From a virus (taxonomy: Duplodnaviria > Caudoviricetes), in IMG/VR virus record IMGVR_UViG_3300034001_000012, positions 1 through 50,514 of that record: DNA of 50,514 nt. One strand, given 5' to 3'. How positions within the stretch are numbered: the first letter of the stretch is position 1; each line of letters starts with the position of its first letter. The translations under genes and the position numbers were made by a program. This document shows positions 17,195-26,891 of this stretch, piece after piece. The notes beneath the pieces are model-generated. The model searched no databases. It was not told the DNA's origin and saw nothing but the letters and a program-made list of their open reading frames with translations.

Positions 17195-17465
17195 ACGATG
17201 GCGGGAGCTTCGATTCAATCAGCGCCCGCGTCTCGTCGTCCGCGTCCAGAAACCTTTCGCCGTAGGTCGCGATGTTAGGAAGCTCCGCAAGTAGATAACC
17301 TTTGCGCATCAATGCAATCTGCTCATTGATGTGCTGAATTAAGAATTCTTCGTCAGTTTGCGCGGAGAGTTCTTCGTCCGTCTGCTGCCGGACTTCCCTG
17401 CGGTGTTTGCGTATGCCCTCACGCTCTGTTCGACTCAGCTCCAACTTCAAATCGGTGATTGCCAT
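17133..17465 (-). CDS. Hypothetical protein after tail adhesin
   Basis: GAGGG RBS before MAITDLKLEL. Confidence 0.55.
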   Translation of the reverse strand: MAITDLKLELSRTEREGIRKHRREVRQQTDEELSAQTDEEFLIQHINEQIALMRKGYLLAELPNIATYGERFLDADDETRALIESKLPPSSTTQTASPTNSVSAEAVDGS

Positions 17466-17496
17466 CCCTCTTGATTCTCCTAACGTTTCTTTCAAA

Positions 17497-20400
17497 CTAA
17501 AAAGCTAGTCCCGTCGTGTCGTAAGCGGTCTGCGCCACACGCACGTTTGAATAGACCGTGCCGGCATCCGAGACTTTCACGCGCGCCGCATACTTCGTCC
17601 CCTGCGATAGCCCGCCGAGCGCTGAGACGTTCGCTTTGGTAAAGCTGCTCGTGCCTGCCGCGAGCGTGGTGGAAGAGACGCCCGAAGACCAGAAAGCAGA
17701 TGTGTTCGGATCACCCGTGCCTACTGCCTTGAACTCAAAGGTCACGGTGCCCACCGCAGAGTTGAGATTGACGGCGAACTGCAACTCGGTAATGAACTGC
17801 GCGGTGTCCCTCAGATTGGTGGGGTCGGCGGCGTTGGACGAGGGCGGGACGCTGACGATGATTGAGCGCGTCGGCTGCGTGTAGCGCGTGATAGCTCCAT
17901 CGAGGACGGAGCCCGCCACCCAGTAGCGATAGCGAGTGCCGCGCACGGCCGTCGCGTCCGCGAAGAAGACGAGGGTGCGCCCGGCTCCCGCCGCGATTGC
18001 CTGCGTTGAGATGAGAGTCGCGACAGAGCCTTCTTCTTCACGGTAGAAGTAGACGGTCACGGTGCGTGCCGTCGAAGTGTAAATGTAAGTGATGACCGTC
18101 GGGTTGCCTGTGGCTGACGCTACCTTCGCCACGCAGTTATCAACCGAGAGGTCAGGTGATGGCGTCGGCGGCGGCGTGCGGAACCGCACGACGTTGGAAT
18201 AGAAACTCTTCGCCGTGTCCTTCAGGCGGAACTCGTACTCGTCGCCTGAACTAAGCTTGCAGCTTGAGGTGATGAAGTGATACTCAAGCGGTATGGTCAT
18301 GGTGCCGGGCGTGATGTCTCTCCAGGCCGTCTCTCCGACGCGCCGGTAGTGAACAGTTGAGGCGGGAGTCGTCCCGGCCTCTTCACCGGACTGGATGAAG
18401 AGGATGCCGCCCGAGTGAGAGACAGCAGCGCTCGTGCCTGCTACGGGCGGCATGCTGAGCGCGTTGACTGTCAGCTCCAGCGGAACGTCTATGCGCCTGG
18501 CCAACGTGGGCATGGTGTCATAGACGACGTTGCCCTGGATGAACTTCTCCTTTTCCGTCCAGCCCGCCTGATTGTATATACGCACAGCGTAGATGGCCTG
18601 AAACTCAGGGTGCGCGTAGCGCGCCGAGTGAGAGCCTATGCCGCAGATGCCGTCACCATTGAAGCTCACAGGCTCAAAGGTCGCAAGCTCATCACCGAAC
18701 TGGTTGAGCGCCTTGACCTGCGCGAAGCGCGCCGAATCAGTGTTGCCGAACCCGTCATCCGAAGCGATGCCGGGATAGCGTAGTGAGATTTCAACCTTGA
18801 CCGCATCCGAATCACCGCCCACGTACTGCCAGAATGAGACTTTGCCCGACGTGTACTTATGGAGCATTACTGCGGCGCGGTCGCGCCCGCGATAGACTCC
18901 TAGCGTCGTGACAGCATCTATAGCTCCGGCTTTCCACCTGTCAATCAAATTGCCCATGATGGAGAACCCGGTATTGATCTGGCCTGCCTTCTGGTTATCA
19001 AGCTGCCAGCCCTGCCCCATGGCACCGCCAGCAATCATTCGCAGGCTCTTGAGCAGCACGCCCGAACTGTTGAAGGAAGTATCAGCGTAGAGCGCGCTGG
19101 TTGAAGCGCCCGCCACGCGACGCTGCTCCACGCCGTTGAGCCTGTAGACCCAATCCGCGCCCTCGCGCCCCACGTAGAAGACGGTTGAGGTTGTATATGT
19201 GCCTTTGTCTATGCCCGGAGCGCCCGACTCCGAAACGTAGGCGTGGCCGTCACCACCTACCACCCAGCCCCTTTGAATGCTGGTGTAATTCTGGTCTGCG
19301 TCCGTAGTCGAAAGACCGACTACAGCCCACTTGTTGGTCTGGCCTGCTTTGAAGGTGATGCCGCCTGAGTAGCTGGCAGGAATACTCTCATAACTGGAAA
19401 ATCCGCTGTCACCCCACACGCCGTCCGTGCCGCCCGACTTGGTGAAATCATCATTTGCATCAAGCGCGACGTTTACTATGTACTGCGGGTGAATCTTCGA
19501 GCCTGAGAACGGAGCCAGCACGCCATTGACTGTGAGCTGACCGAGCGACGCGCCGCTCGCGTAGACCGAGCCGGCGACGGCAAGACCGCGCTTGGCCGTC
19601 GCTGTCTGAGTCCATGAGCCGAAGACCGCACCATTGCGAATAATGGAGAACGTCACGGTCGAGCCGGTGAGGTTGATAACCAATTTATCGCCGGTGACGA
19701 GCGCGCCCGGCCCGAAGCTCGTGCCTGCTCGTTGCGTCTGCGCGCCTGCGGTTGAAGTCCAGAAGTCGCCAGCGCCGCTAAAGACTATTGAGTGCTCGAA
19801 GTCTCCGCTCACACCGACATCACCGAGGGTGCCTGAAAACTTTATGGTAAAGCCGAACCCTCTGTAGGAACCTACTCCGCCAGTGCCGTCATAGATGGTG
19901 GATAGTTCACAGTCACCATAAAAGACTTGCCGGCTGAGCCATGCATAACAGGTACCCCACGCGGTTCCGGCTACAGTCTTCGTGATGCTCTGCGTCAGAG
20001 TGTTGAGAGTTCCGCCGACGAGTGTTGTGCTATCCCATAATCCGGCCTCTGTCTGCGGCGTGGTCGAGCCGTGCGAGACGAAGGAAGCGCTCTCAAGCGG
20101 CCCGCCCATCGTGATGTGATTAAAGGTGCCGTCTGCGGCCACAATACTCTGCGCGTAGACGGAGAGGATGTTCGCCTTGGAAATCTTCGCCACGCCGATG
20201 ATGGCTTCTAAGGTGGAGAGATATGGGATAAACGTATCTGCGCCGAAGCTCTGATTGGCGTCGAGCACCAGCCCGTTATAGAACTTCCACTTGCCGTCAG
20301 GTCTGCGCCACACTATCCACCTGTCGTAGGTCGTTGCATCGTGAGCGGGCGGCGTGTAGGAGCTCATGTCGGTGACGACGATTGAGGCCGCTGCCGATGA

Positions 20401-23400
20401 GCCCTTCGTATGACGCGCAATTACGATCTGGTTTATGTTCGGGGTGCGGCTGTCGGCGTTGATGGTCATCTGCCCTGTAGGCGAGAACCCGGCGGGCAGC
20501 GGCCCCACGGTGAAAGCTGCGCTCCAGGAGACGACTCCGCCTGAAGAGACGTTGATGGTGCCGCCCCCCGTCATGATAGGCCCTGCTTCGGCAGCGAGCT
20601 TGGAGAGCGCCGAAGTCGGGTCAATGGCTATGTCCTGGAAGCGCGCGAAAGTGTGTGAGCCTGTCGTAGACCAGTTGCGGTCATTCAATGTTGAAGTAAA
20701 CGCATCCTCATAGCAGACCCGGTACTCAATCGATTGGCCGGCAGTGAAGTCTAAAACAATCTCTTCCTTGACGCCCGGATAGCGAATCTGGTGGTCTGTG
20801 TTGGAGGCAGTCGTTGCGGGGAAAGAGCCGCCGACGGCGCGAGTCTGAATCACCGTGTACTTAACGCGACCGGGCGCTGCCGGTGGCGAGACGTGCAGCA
20901 CCACGAAGACCTCATTCTGCCTGACAGCATCCTTCGTAACTGTAGGTGCGCCCGGTGCCGCAATCGTGATGGTCTGAGGCACCCACGCGCTGGTCTTTCC
21001 AGACTTGTGAATGGTGCGCGCGTAGCGGGTAATCGTGCGCGAAGAGAATGAGCCCAGCAGCTCGTCGAACGCGCCCTTGGCGGTGGTCAGAATCCCAGTG
21101 CCGTCGTTGGCCGTCGCGTACTGATATTGATAGTTGCCCGAGACCGTCAACCGATGGTTGACGTACATGCCATCAACAAACGCGATGACGTAAGAGACCG
21201 GAGTGGCCGGGTCAGGAACGGTGTATGTGACGGTGCGCGTCGTCGAGGCGAAGAGGCCTCCGTTGAGCGCGTTGACGGAATAATGATAGACAGTGCGCCC
21301 GGAGGTGATCGGAGCTTTGTAGGTAGTGGCGCCGCCCTGCACCGCATCAACGAGCGTGCTCTGGCTTGTGTCGTCATCGGTGATAAGAAAGAAGGCAGCA
21401 CCAGTGGTCGCGGGGATTGAAAGCGTGATTGATTCGCCGTCTTCACTCGGCGTAATGACGCCGGGTTGGGAAGCGGCTGTGACAGTGACCGCGTTAGAAA
21501 CAGTCGCGGAGAATTTACCTTGAGCGTCCACGGAGCGCAGGTAGTAGGTCTGCGTGCCCGTGGCGAGCGCTGCGAATGAGCAGCGGTTGTTCGTGCCCTC
21601 GTAGACGAGCTGAGTAAAGAGAGAATCCCTCGCCACCTGGTAGCGCACGTTTGTGGCCAGCGCCTTCGTCCAGACGCCCTCAATCGTCGAGCCGTTCCAG
21701 GTGAACTGCGGGATGCCAGGTAGTAGTTGCGCCGCCCACGTGGGGTCTGAGTAGTCGCCGTTGGCCGCAATCGTGATTTCTTCTGTGACCGATTCGTCAA
21801 GCGTGCGGCCGGTGTCCGAGTAGGTCAGGACGCGCACTGTGTAATCGCCCATGACGGGCGCCGGAATGTAAAGCTGCCCGTAGAAGAAGCCTCCCACAGG
21901 GTCATATGCCGGGTAGACGCTGCCCACGAGCGACTCACTGGCACCGGAGCGCGTAACGAAGACCTGCGCGTACTGGCGCTGCGTGTCAGGCGGGAAATAA
22001 TTGAAGCGGAACGTGGTGAAGATGTTTGCAATGCGGGAGTACATCGCGTCACTAGACCACTTCTGTTCGAGCACGAGGTCTGTGACCGGCGGCGGCGCGT
22101 TGGCCTCGATAGCGTAGGACACTTCCGGGGCGTTAGATACTGCCAGGCCCCCGATCGATACGCCCTTGAATTTTCTCGTCAGCCCTATCTCTTCGACTTC
22201 CGCGTTGCGGCGCTTGAGCGCGCCGTTCATCAACACGACTTTCGATCCGATGGGTTTCTCCGTCCCGTCTGATGCGAAACGTGTGCGCAGGAAGCCGGAG
22301 ACGTCGTAGGCGGCCGTGTAAGGGAACGGTGGATTAGCGACGGGAGTTGCAGTTGTAAACTGCGTGAGTTCCCCGCCGACATAAAGCAGGTTCAGATTCG
22401 GGTTAGCGTCGAGCTCGCTTTCGGTGTGAGAGACGAGCGCGCCCGAATAAAGGTAGACGCGCACAGAAGAGGTTGAATCGAAGGAGCCACCCGGGTCAGC
22501 GGCCAGCACGGTGTTCGTCAGCCCCATGGTCGCGGGCTGCGTGATCGTCGTCAGCTCGTAATAGTCCGTCCCCGAGAGCTGTCTCTGGTAAACCACGCAG
22601 CCGCGCCAGGTTCCATTGCCTCTGCCGCACGCGGCCAGCCAGTAGCCTACGCCACGGTCTTCAGAGCGCATCGCCGGAGTGTCGAAGATGAACAGTTCGG
22701 TGTTGGCCGGCAATTCCACGCGCGGGCGCTCAATGCCCGTCCCCATGCGTCCCAGTTGATTCTGGTTATAGAGGGAAGCCTTTTCCGGCACGGCCTTGCA
22801 ACGGATGAGGCCGAACATGTCCGTCTGCATCGAGGTGATGCGAACGGTGTGCGTGGCGTCCACATCCTGTAAGGTGACGACCGCAGCGGGCGCCAGGTAT
22901 GCGTACTCTATGCCTAAGGCGAATTCCAGCGCCTCGCGCTCCAGATGGCGCGAGAAGAGCCAACGCAGTCCGACCTGGTGAGCCGTCTCTGCATCAGCCA
23001 CGATGGGGAAGTTGAGACTTGCAGGGTCGCGGCTATCACCCTCCTGCCTGGTTACTGGCTCACTGTTCTGGTGATAATCGAGCGTCTGATCGAGGAAGCC
23101 GACGTTCACTGACTCGGGCAAATCCATCACGTCGCGGCGCGTAATCTTGATGGAGCCCGCGGGCGACTGTGAGCCGTACTTGTACGGAGTGATTTTGTGC
23201 GCCGGAATGGTGACGTATGAAGCTGCCCCGCGCGGGACGGCGACGATCTTGCCGTCCAGGTCAATGACATCGAAGGCAAAGAAGTCCGCCAGGGCCTGAA
23301 TAATCTCCTGAAGCTGGATGCGCTGGCTGATGACGAGGCCGGGTACATAAATGCCTTCGAGCGCCGAGACGTCCAGCTTCTCTTCCGGGTGCTTGGCCAG

Positions 23401-24615
23401 GCCATACAGCTTGATCATGATCTGTGCGAGGTCTGTAGTCCCCTCGTCCACTTCGACCGTCCACTGGCGCATCTGCCCGCCCGGCAGCTCGTAATCCCCT
23501 ACCGACATAAAGCAGAGGTGCCGGTAAGCGGGCGTGGCCTCTGCGCCGTCGAACTGCACCATCAGCGGGTCTTGCGGTTGCGTCGCGGTGCCGTTGTAGA
23601 AATTGAACTGCCCGCGCGCCCCCGAGGCCGAGACTCCCGTCATCACGCCGTCCGCGTCAGGCCCCGTATAGTGGTTGTAGAAAGGGAGCGGGTTGTTCTG
23701 GTCTGCGGGGAAGCTGGCACCCTCATCAATCAGCCCCGTACGGTACGGCTGCCAGGGCTCGCGCGGCGGCAAGCCCGGCTCCGGCGGGTCATGCGGCCCA
23801 GGCTCCTGAGGCGGAATGATCGGCCCAATGTAGTTATCACTGACCTGGATGGCGTCTATCTGAGCGCTCTGGCCGGAGGTGCCCGCCCAAGCGAGCTTGA
23901 CTGTGTTTGTTAGCGCGGTAAGCTCTATGGGAATCTGGATGGCTTCATAAAGTTCAGCCCCGCCGGTCGCAGTCAATGCGAGAGCCTGTAACAACACGTC
24001 GTTAACATAGACGTTGACGGTCAGCCCTGTGCCTGACGAGTAGACGATTGAAAGAGTGCCGTCCGCAGTCTGCTGGGTGATGCGGTTGAACTTGACGGAT
24101 TCGCCGGCGGCATCAAGCAGTACTGCTCTGCCGCCGGAGGCTTCCGTGTTGTTAACGCGCGTAGCTCCGACGAGCGTATTCTCGCTCGCCTCCGCTTCGT
24201 AGAAGCTATAGAAGGAGTGCGCGCCCTCGCGGTTGATGATGAGGTCAGGCCCGTCCCAGACCTTCGTGATGCCGTTACTAATTGGCCCTTCGCAAAACGC
24301 AATCGCCAGGTTGGTGGTGTATGAATAGTGGCGCTCGGGCTGGCTGCTGGTACCTCCGCCACCGCCGCCCTTACCTGAAGACTGGCCGGGCGTGGTGGAG
24401 ATGTGCTCCTGCACCTCTGTCGACCAGAAGATGTTTCCCGCCAAGCGAGCCTTGCCGAAGACGCGCGGGCGCGAGCCGTTCAGCTCACTCGTCTGCAGGC
24501 GCACGTCGTCTACGCGCCCGCGGTCTACGGGCTGGATCTTCGGCTTCGGCGTAAGTGCGTATTGAACGACCGCTGCGCCGACGGCGATTGCGGCCATAAC
24601 TGCGAGCTGTGCCAT
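17497..24615 (-). CDS. Giant tail tip / host-specificity protein (GTA-type hub, CBM, FN3 and lectin-like domains)
   Basis: PRVFGKARLAGNIFW, SYTTNLAIAFCEG, TPAYR, LPESVNVGF.D...DY; follows DUF2163 and NlpC genes. Confidence 0.9.
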   Translation of the reverse strand: MAQLAVMAAIAVGAAVVQYALTPKPKIQPVDRGRVDDVRLQTSELNGSRPRVFGKARLAGNIFWSTEVQEHISTTPGQSSGKGGGGGGTSSQPERHYSYTTNLAIAFCEGPISNGITKVWDGPDLIINREGAHSFYSFYEAEASENTLVGATRVNNTEASGGRAVLLDAAGESVKFNRITQQTADGTLSIVYSSGTGLTVNVYVNDVLLQALALTATGGAELYEAIQIPIELTALTNTVKLAWAGTSGQSAQIDAIQVSDNYIGPIIPPQEPGPHDPPEPGLPPREPWQPYRTGLIDEGASFPADQNNPLPFYNHYTGPDADGVMTGVSASGARGQFNFYNGTATQPQDPLMVQFDGAEATPAYRHLCFMSVGDYELPGGQMRQWTVEVDEGTTDLAQIMIKLYGLAKHPEEKLDVSALEGIYVPGLVISQRIQLQEIIQALADFFAFDVIDLDGKIVAVPRGAASYVTIPAHKITPYKYGSQSPAGSIKITRRDVMDLPESVNVGFLDQTLDYHQNSEPVTRQEGDSRDPASLNFPIVADAETAHQVGLRWLFSRHLEREALEFALGIEYAYLAPAAVVTLQDVDATHTVRITSMQTDMFGLIRCKAVPEKASLYNQNQLGRMGTGIERPRVELPANTELFIFDTPAMRSEDRGVGYWLAACGRGNGTWRGCVVYQRQLSGTDYYELTTITQPATMGLTNTVLAADPGGSFDSTSSVRVYLYSGALVSHTESELDANPNLNLLYVGGELTQFTTATPVANPPFPYTAAYDVSGFLRTRFASDGTEKPIGSKVVLMNGALKRRNAEVEEIGLTRKFKGVSIGGLAVSNAPEVSYAIEANAPPPVTDLVLEQKWSSDAMYSRIANIFTTFRFNYFPPDTQRQYAQVFVTRSGASESLVGSVYPAYDPVGGFFYGQLYIPAPVMGDYTVRVLTYSDTGRTLDESVTEEITIAANGDYSDPTWAAQLLPGIPQFTWNGSTIEGVWTKALATNVRYQVARDSLFTQLVYEGTNNRCSFAALATGTQTYYLRSVDAQGKFSATVSNAVTVTAASQPGVITPSEDGESITLSIPATTGAAFFLITDDDTSQSTLVDAVQGGATTYKAPITSGRTVYHYSVNALNGGLFASTTRTVTYTVPDPATPVSYVIAFVDGMYVNHRLTVSGNYQYQYATANDGTGILTTAKGAFDELLGSFSSRTITRYARTIHKSGKTSAWVPQTITIAAPGAPTVTKDAVRQNEVFVVLHVSPPAAPGRVKYTVIQTRAVGGSFPATTASNTDHQIRYPGVKEEIVLDFTAGQSIEYRVCYEDAFTSTLNDRNWSTTGSHTFARFQDIAIDPTSALSKLAAEAGPIMTGGGTINVSSGGVVSWSAAFTVGPLPAGFSPTGQMTINADSRTPNINQIVIARHTKGSSAAASIVVTDMSSYTPPAHDATTYDRWIVWRRPDGKWKFYNGLVLDANQSFGADTFIPYLSTLEAIIGVAKISKANILSVYAQSIVAADGTFNHITMGGPLESASFVSHGSTTPQTEAGLWDSTTLVGGTLNTLTQSITKTVAGTAWGTCYAWLSRQVFYGDCELSTIYDGTGGVGSYRGFGFTIKFSGTLGDVGVSGDFEHSIVFSGAGDFWTSTAGAQTQRAGTSFGPGALVTGDKLVINLTGSTVTFSIIRNGAVFGSWTQTATAKRGLAVAGSVYASGASLGQLTVNGVLAPFSGSKIHPQYIVNVALDANDDFTKSGGTDGVWGDSGFSSYESIPASYSGGITFKAGQTNKWAVVGLSTTDADQNYTSIQRGWVVGGDGHAYVSESGAPGIDKGTYTTSTVFYVGREGADWVYRLNGVEQRRVAGASTSALYADTSFNSSGVLLKSLRMIAGGAMGQGWQLDNQKAGQINTGFSIMGNLIDRWKAGAIDAVTTLGVYRGRDRAAVMLHKYTSGKVSFWQYVGGDSDAVKVEISLRYPGIASDDGFGNTDSARFAQVKALNQFGDELATFEPVSFNGDGICGIGSHSARYAHPEFQAIYAVRIYNQAGWTEKEKFIQGNVVYDTMPTLARRIDVPLELTVNALSMPPVAGTSAAVSHSGGILFIQSGEEAGTTPASTVHYRRVGETAWRDITPGTMTIPLEYHFITSSCKLSSGDEYEFRLKDTAKSFYSNVVRFRTPPPTPSPDLSVDNCVAKVASATGNPTVITYIYTSTARTVTVYFYREEEGSVATLISTQAIAAGAGRTLVFFADATAVRGTRYRYWVAGSVLDGAITRYTQPTRSIIVSVPPSSNAADPTNLRDTAQFITELQFAVNLNSAVGTVTFEFKAVGTGDPNTSAFWSSGVSSTTLAAGTSSFTKANVSALGGLSQGTKYAARVKVSDAGTVYSNVRVAQTAYDTTGLAF

Positions 24616-24617
24616 AT

Positions 24618-24680
24618 CAGGTGACGGTTATCAGGTGTCGTGTGACGGGTGATGAGTTACAAGTGACAGGTGACAAGTAC
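24618..24680. repeat. Heptamer tandem repeat (CRRGTGA x9)
   Basis: CAGGTGA CGGTTAT CAGGTGT CGTGTGA CGGGTGA TGAGTTA CAAGTGA CAGGTGA CAAGTAC. Confidence 0.75.
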
Positions 24681-24709
24681 TCAGGCGAGTTCCTGCCCGG
24701 TTCGGAGGG

Positions 24710-25201
24710 TTAAAGTGCGAAGTGCGGAAACCTGTAGCAGGCTTTAATGTGCGGGATCCAGCGCGCAATCGGCTCGTCTACGACGCGCTTGATTGAGCGC
24801 CTGTTGTTGAAGGCATGGATGATCATCTCTTCATAGCGCCCGCACGCCGCTACCCCGAGATGACGGGCTACTTCGTCCTGCGGGAATTTGATCAAACAGA
24901 CATCTGCTTCCTGCCTTTCGCTTAAGGGGATTTCCACCAGGTTAGCTTCCAGCCCTTCACGGAGTTCTACGCCTGGGCAGTCCAGCGGGTAATCCGTGCG
25001 GTCTCGTAAGACCTTGTATCCCATGCGGCGCGCCAGCCAGACCAGCAGCCCCAGGCAATCGACTCCGGAGACAAAGGGGTCGCGCCCTTGATGCACCCAG
25101 GGGCGCCCGACGATTGTGCGCAGCAAGGCCACGGCCTCGGCGCGCGTCAGGCTCGAATCATCAAAATTCTGGTCGATGGTGATGAGCGGTGAATTCGTCA
25201 T
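24710..25201 (-). CDS. NlpC/P60 tail peptidase
   Basis: GRPWVHQGR...GVDCLGL...HLG...IIHA; start MTNSPL. Confidence 0.9.
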   Translation of the reverse strand: MTNSPLITIDQNFDDSSLTRAEAVALLRTIVGRPWVHQGRDPFVSGVDCLGLLVWLARRMGYKVLRDRTDYPLDCPGVELREGLEANLVEIPLSERQEADVCLIKFPQDEVARHLGVAACGRYEEMIIHAFNNRRSIKRVVDEPIARWIPHIKACYRFPHFAL

Positions 25202-25218
25202 AACGAAACTTATCTTCC

Positions 25219-26142
25219 TCACGACGCGCGCTTGATTCTGAGCGCCTTCTCCATGGGGACGTAGGGCGTGGCCCGGACGATGTTGATGATGTTGGCGTAG
25301 ACGCTGATGCACATCCCGTGTGAGAAGTCGCACCCTCTGCGCATGGTGTAAGGAGTGCCTTCGGGGATGATGGCGAACAAGGGGAGCTGCAGCACGGCCT
25401 TGTGGGTGGCCGAATCCCACTCGGCTATTTCGATGGTCGTGTTTATAGTCCCGCCGAAAGTGACGCGGCCGCCGGCGAAATACTTGTCGGGCTCGCCAAC
25501 CGTCGGGGCGAAGAAATATTCGTTCGTGGAGCCTGCGCCCACAGTGCCCGTGAAGGTAATCTGGCCGCCGTCGCCAGCCGCGGGCGCGTCCAGATCCACC
25601 GTGCAGTCCGGGTCGCCCAGGAATTTGGCCTGGCAGCGTTTGGTGTAGAGGTAGCCTATCCTGGTCTGGCCGACGTGCGTCAGCGGTCGCCCCTCCGCGC
25701 GGAACCGTCTCCCTTCCCGCGTGATCTCTCCTATCTTTCCTGAGAACTGAATCAGCTCGCCCATGGTAGGCTGCTTAAAGTTCAACAGGAACATCTCGAA
25801 ATCGGCGGAGTCCCAGTCCCCGCGCGCAATCGAGGCGGGCGTAATGGCATCATCGTCAAAGCCTGCTTCCACCTCCAGGCCACCAGAGGCCTGACCCGTC
25901 TCCTGGTCTACGGCAGTGGGGATAATGCCGTTGGTAGATTTGAAGACCACGCCCGGGTGGCCACAAAGCACGAGGTCTCGCGTGTGAGAGGTTGCACCCA
26001 GCACGGGCGCGGGACTGCCTGCAGCCGGAGTCAGTTTCCAGCAGACGGCCAGGTTGAGGTGACGCCCCGCCAGATAGTTCTTCAGGCTATCGACCGTGTA
26101 AGGCGAAACGTAATTGCGCGGTGTTCTGACGGCTTGAGTCAT
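25219..26142 (-). CDS. Tail hub protein (DUF2163/BR0599-like)
   Basis: CWKL, ATSHTRDL, CQAKFLGDPDCTVD, RGCD motifs. Confidence 0.88.
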   Translation of the reverse strand: MTQAVRTPRNYVSPYTVDSLKNYLAGRHLNLAVCWKLTPAAGSPAPVLGATSHTRDLVLCGHPGVVFKSTNGIIPTAVDQETGQASGGLEVEAGFDDDAITPASIARGDWDSADFEMFLLNFKQPTMGELIQFSGKIGEITREGRRFRAEGRPLTHVGQTRIGYLYTKRCQAKFLGDPDCTVDLDAPAAGDGGQITFTGTVGAGSTNEYFFAPTVGEPDKYFAGGRVTFGGTINTTIEIAEWDSATHKAVLQLPLFAIIPEGTPYTMRRGCDFSHGMCISVYANIINIVRATPYVPMEKALRIKRAS

Positions 26143-26160
26143 AATGGTGAAATGGAGGGA

Positions 26161-26183
26161 TTGAAAAAAGATTGATTAATCAA
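26161..26183. promoter_or_regulatory. TTGA-N7-TTGATTAATCAA element
   Basis: Same geometry as the 13395 and 43625 elements; contains palindrome GATTGATTAATCAATC (26170-26185). Confidence 0.5.
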
Positions 26184-26226
26184 TCCCGCGATGCTTAGGC
26201 GAGCTTGTACAGCTTTCCTGTACAGG

Positions 26227-26877
26227 TTATTCGTTGAAGACCTCAATCATGGGCACTTCCGGGATGGGGCCGAAGCCCCCTTCCTCGGTCGTGCGCAGGT
26301 AGTTATAAAAGACCTGGTCTGCGGGCAGCTCATCCACGTCGAAGCGCACGCAGACGTAGTGCTGGCCTTTCCACTCCAGGACGGCGCCGTTCGTCTGGGC
26401 GATGAGAAAAGTTACTTCTCCCGTCAGGTAGTCAATCGTGTAATGAACGCCTTCCGTCTTGAGGACGCCGCCGACCCAAATCTGAATCGTCCCCGGCTTC
26501 GGCTTATTTATAATGCGGTTGTCGTTGTTCGCACCGTTGGTGTAGGTCTTCTCCAACTGGTAGACGCTAGTCCCCGTAGCATACTGGCCGAAGGTCGCGC
26601 GCGAGCCGTCATCCGATTGCTTACAGTCCAAAGGGTCATACACCAGGAAGCTGCGCCCCATGCCCTTACAGCCACGGAAGAAGCTTCTGAGACGCTGGAT
26701 GTCAGGAATAGTGCGAACTCCGGGCACGGCGTTGAAGCGGGCGCGACCGTCATCCCACTTCGAGACGCGCGTCTCGTTGCCACTGCCGTCGGTGTAAATT
26801 TCCGTCAGGTACTTCACCGACGAAATTAAGTAATCGACCGCCAGCGGGAAAACTACATTGTCGAAAGAATCAGACAT
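26227..26877 (-). CDS. Distal tail protein (DUF2460-like)
   Basis: SGNETRVSKW, FFRGCKG...FLVYDPLD, YQLEKTY, VRFDVD. Confidence 0.9.
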   Translation of the reverse strand: MSDSFDNVVFPLAVDYLISSVKYLTEIYTDGSGNETRVSKWDDGRARFNAVPGVRTIPDIQRLRSFFRGCKGMGRSFLVYDPLDCKQSDDGSRATFGQYATGTSVYQLEKTYTNGANNDNRIINKPKPGTIQIWVGGVLKTEGVHYTIDYLTGEVTFLIAQTNGAVLEWKGQHYVCVRFDVDELPADQVFYNYLRTTEEGGFGPIPEVPMIEVFNE

Positions 26878-26891
26878 CTTCTCCTCTACCT

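Noticed and set aside
17497-24615. DGR or invertible host-range switch
   Set aside because: No reverse transcriptase, TR/VR pair or inverted cassette seen
24618-24680. CRISPR or mini-array
   Set aside because: 7-bp units without spacers; no cas genes
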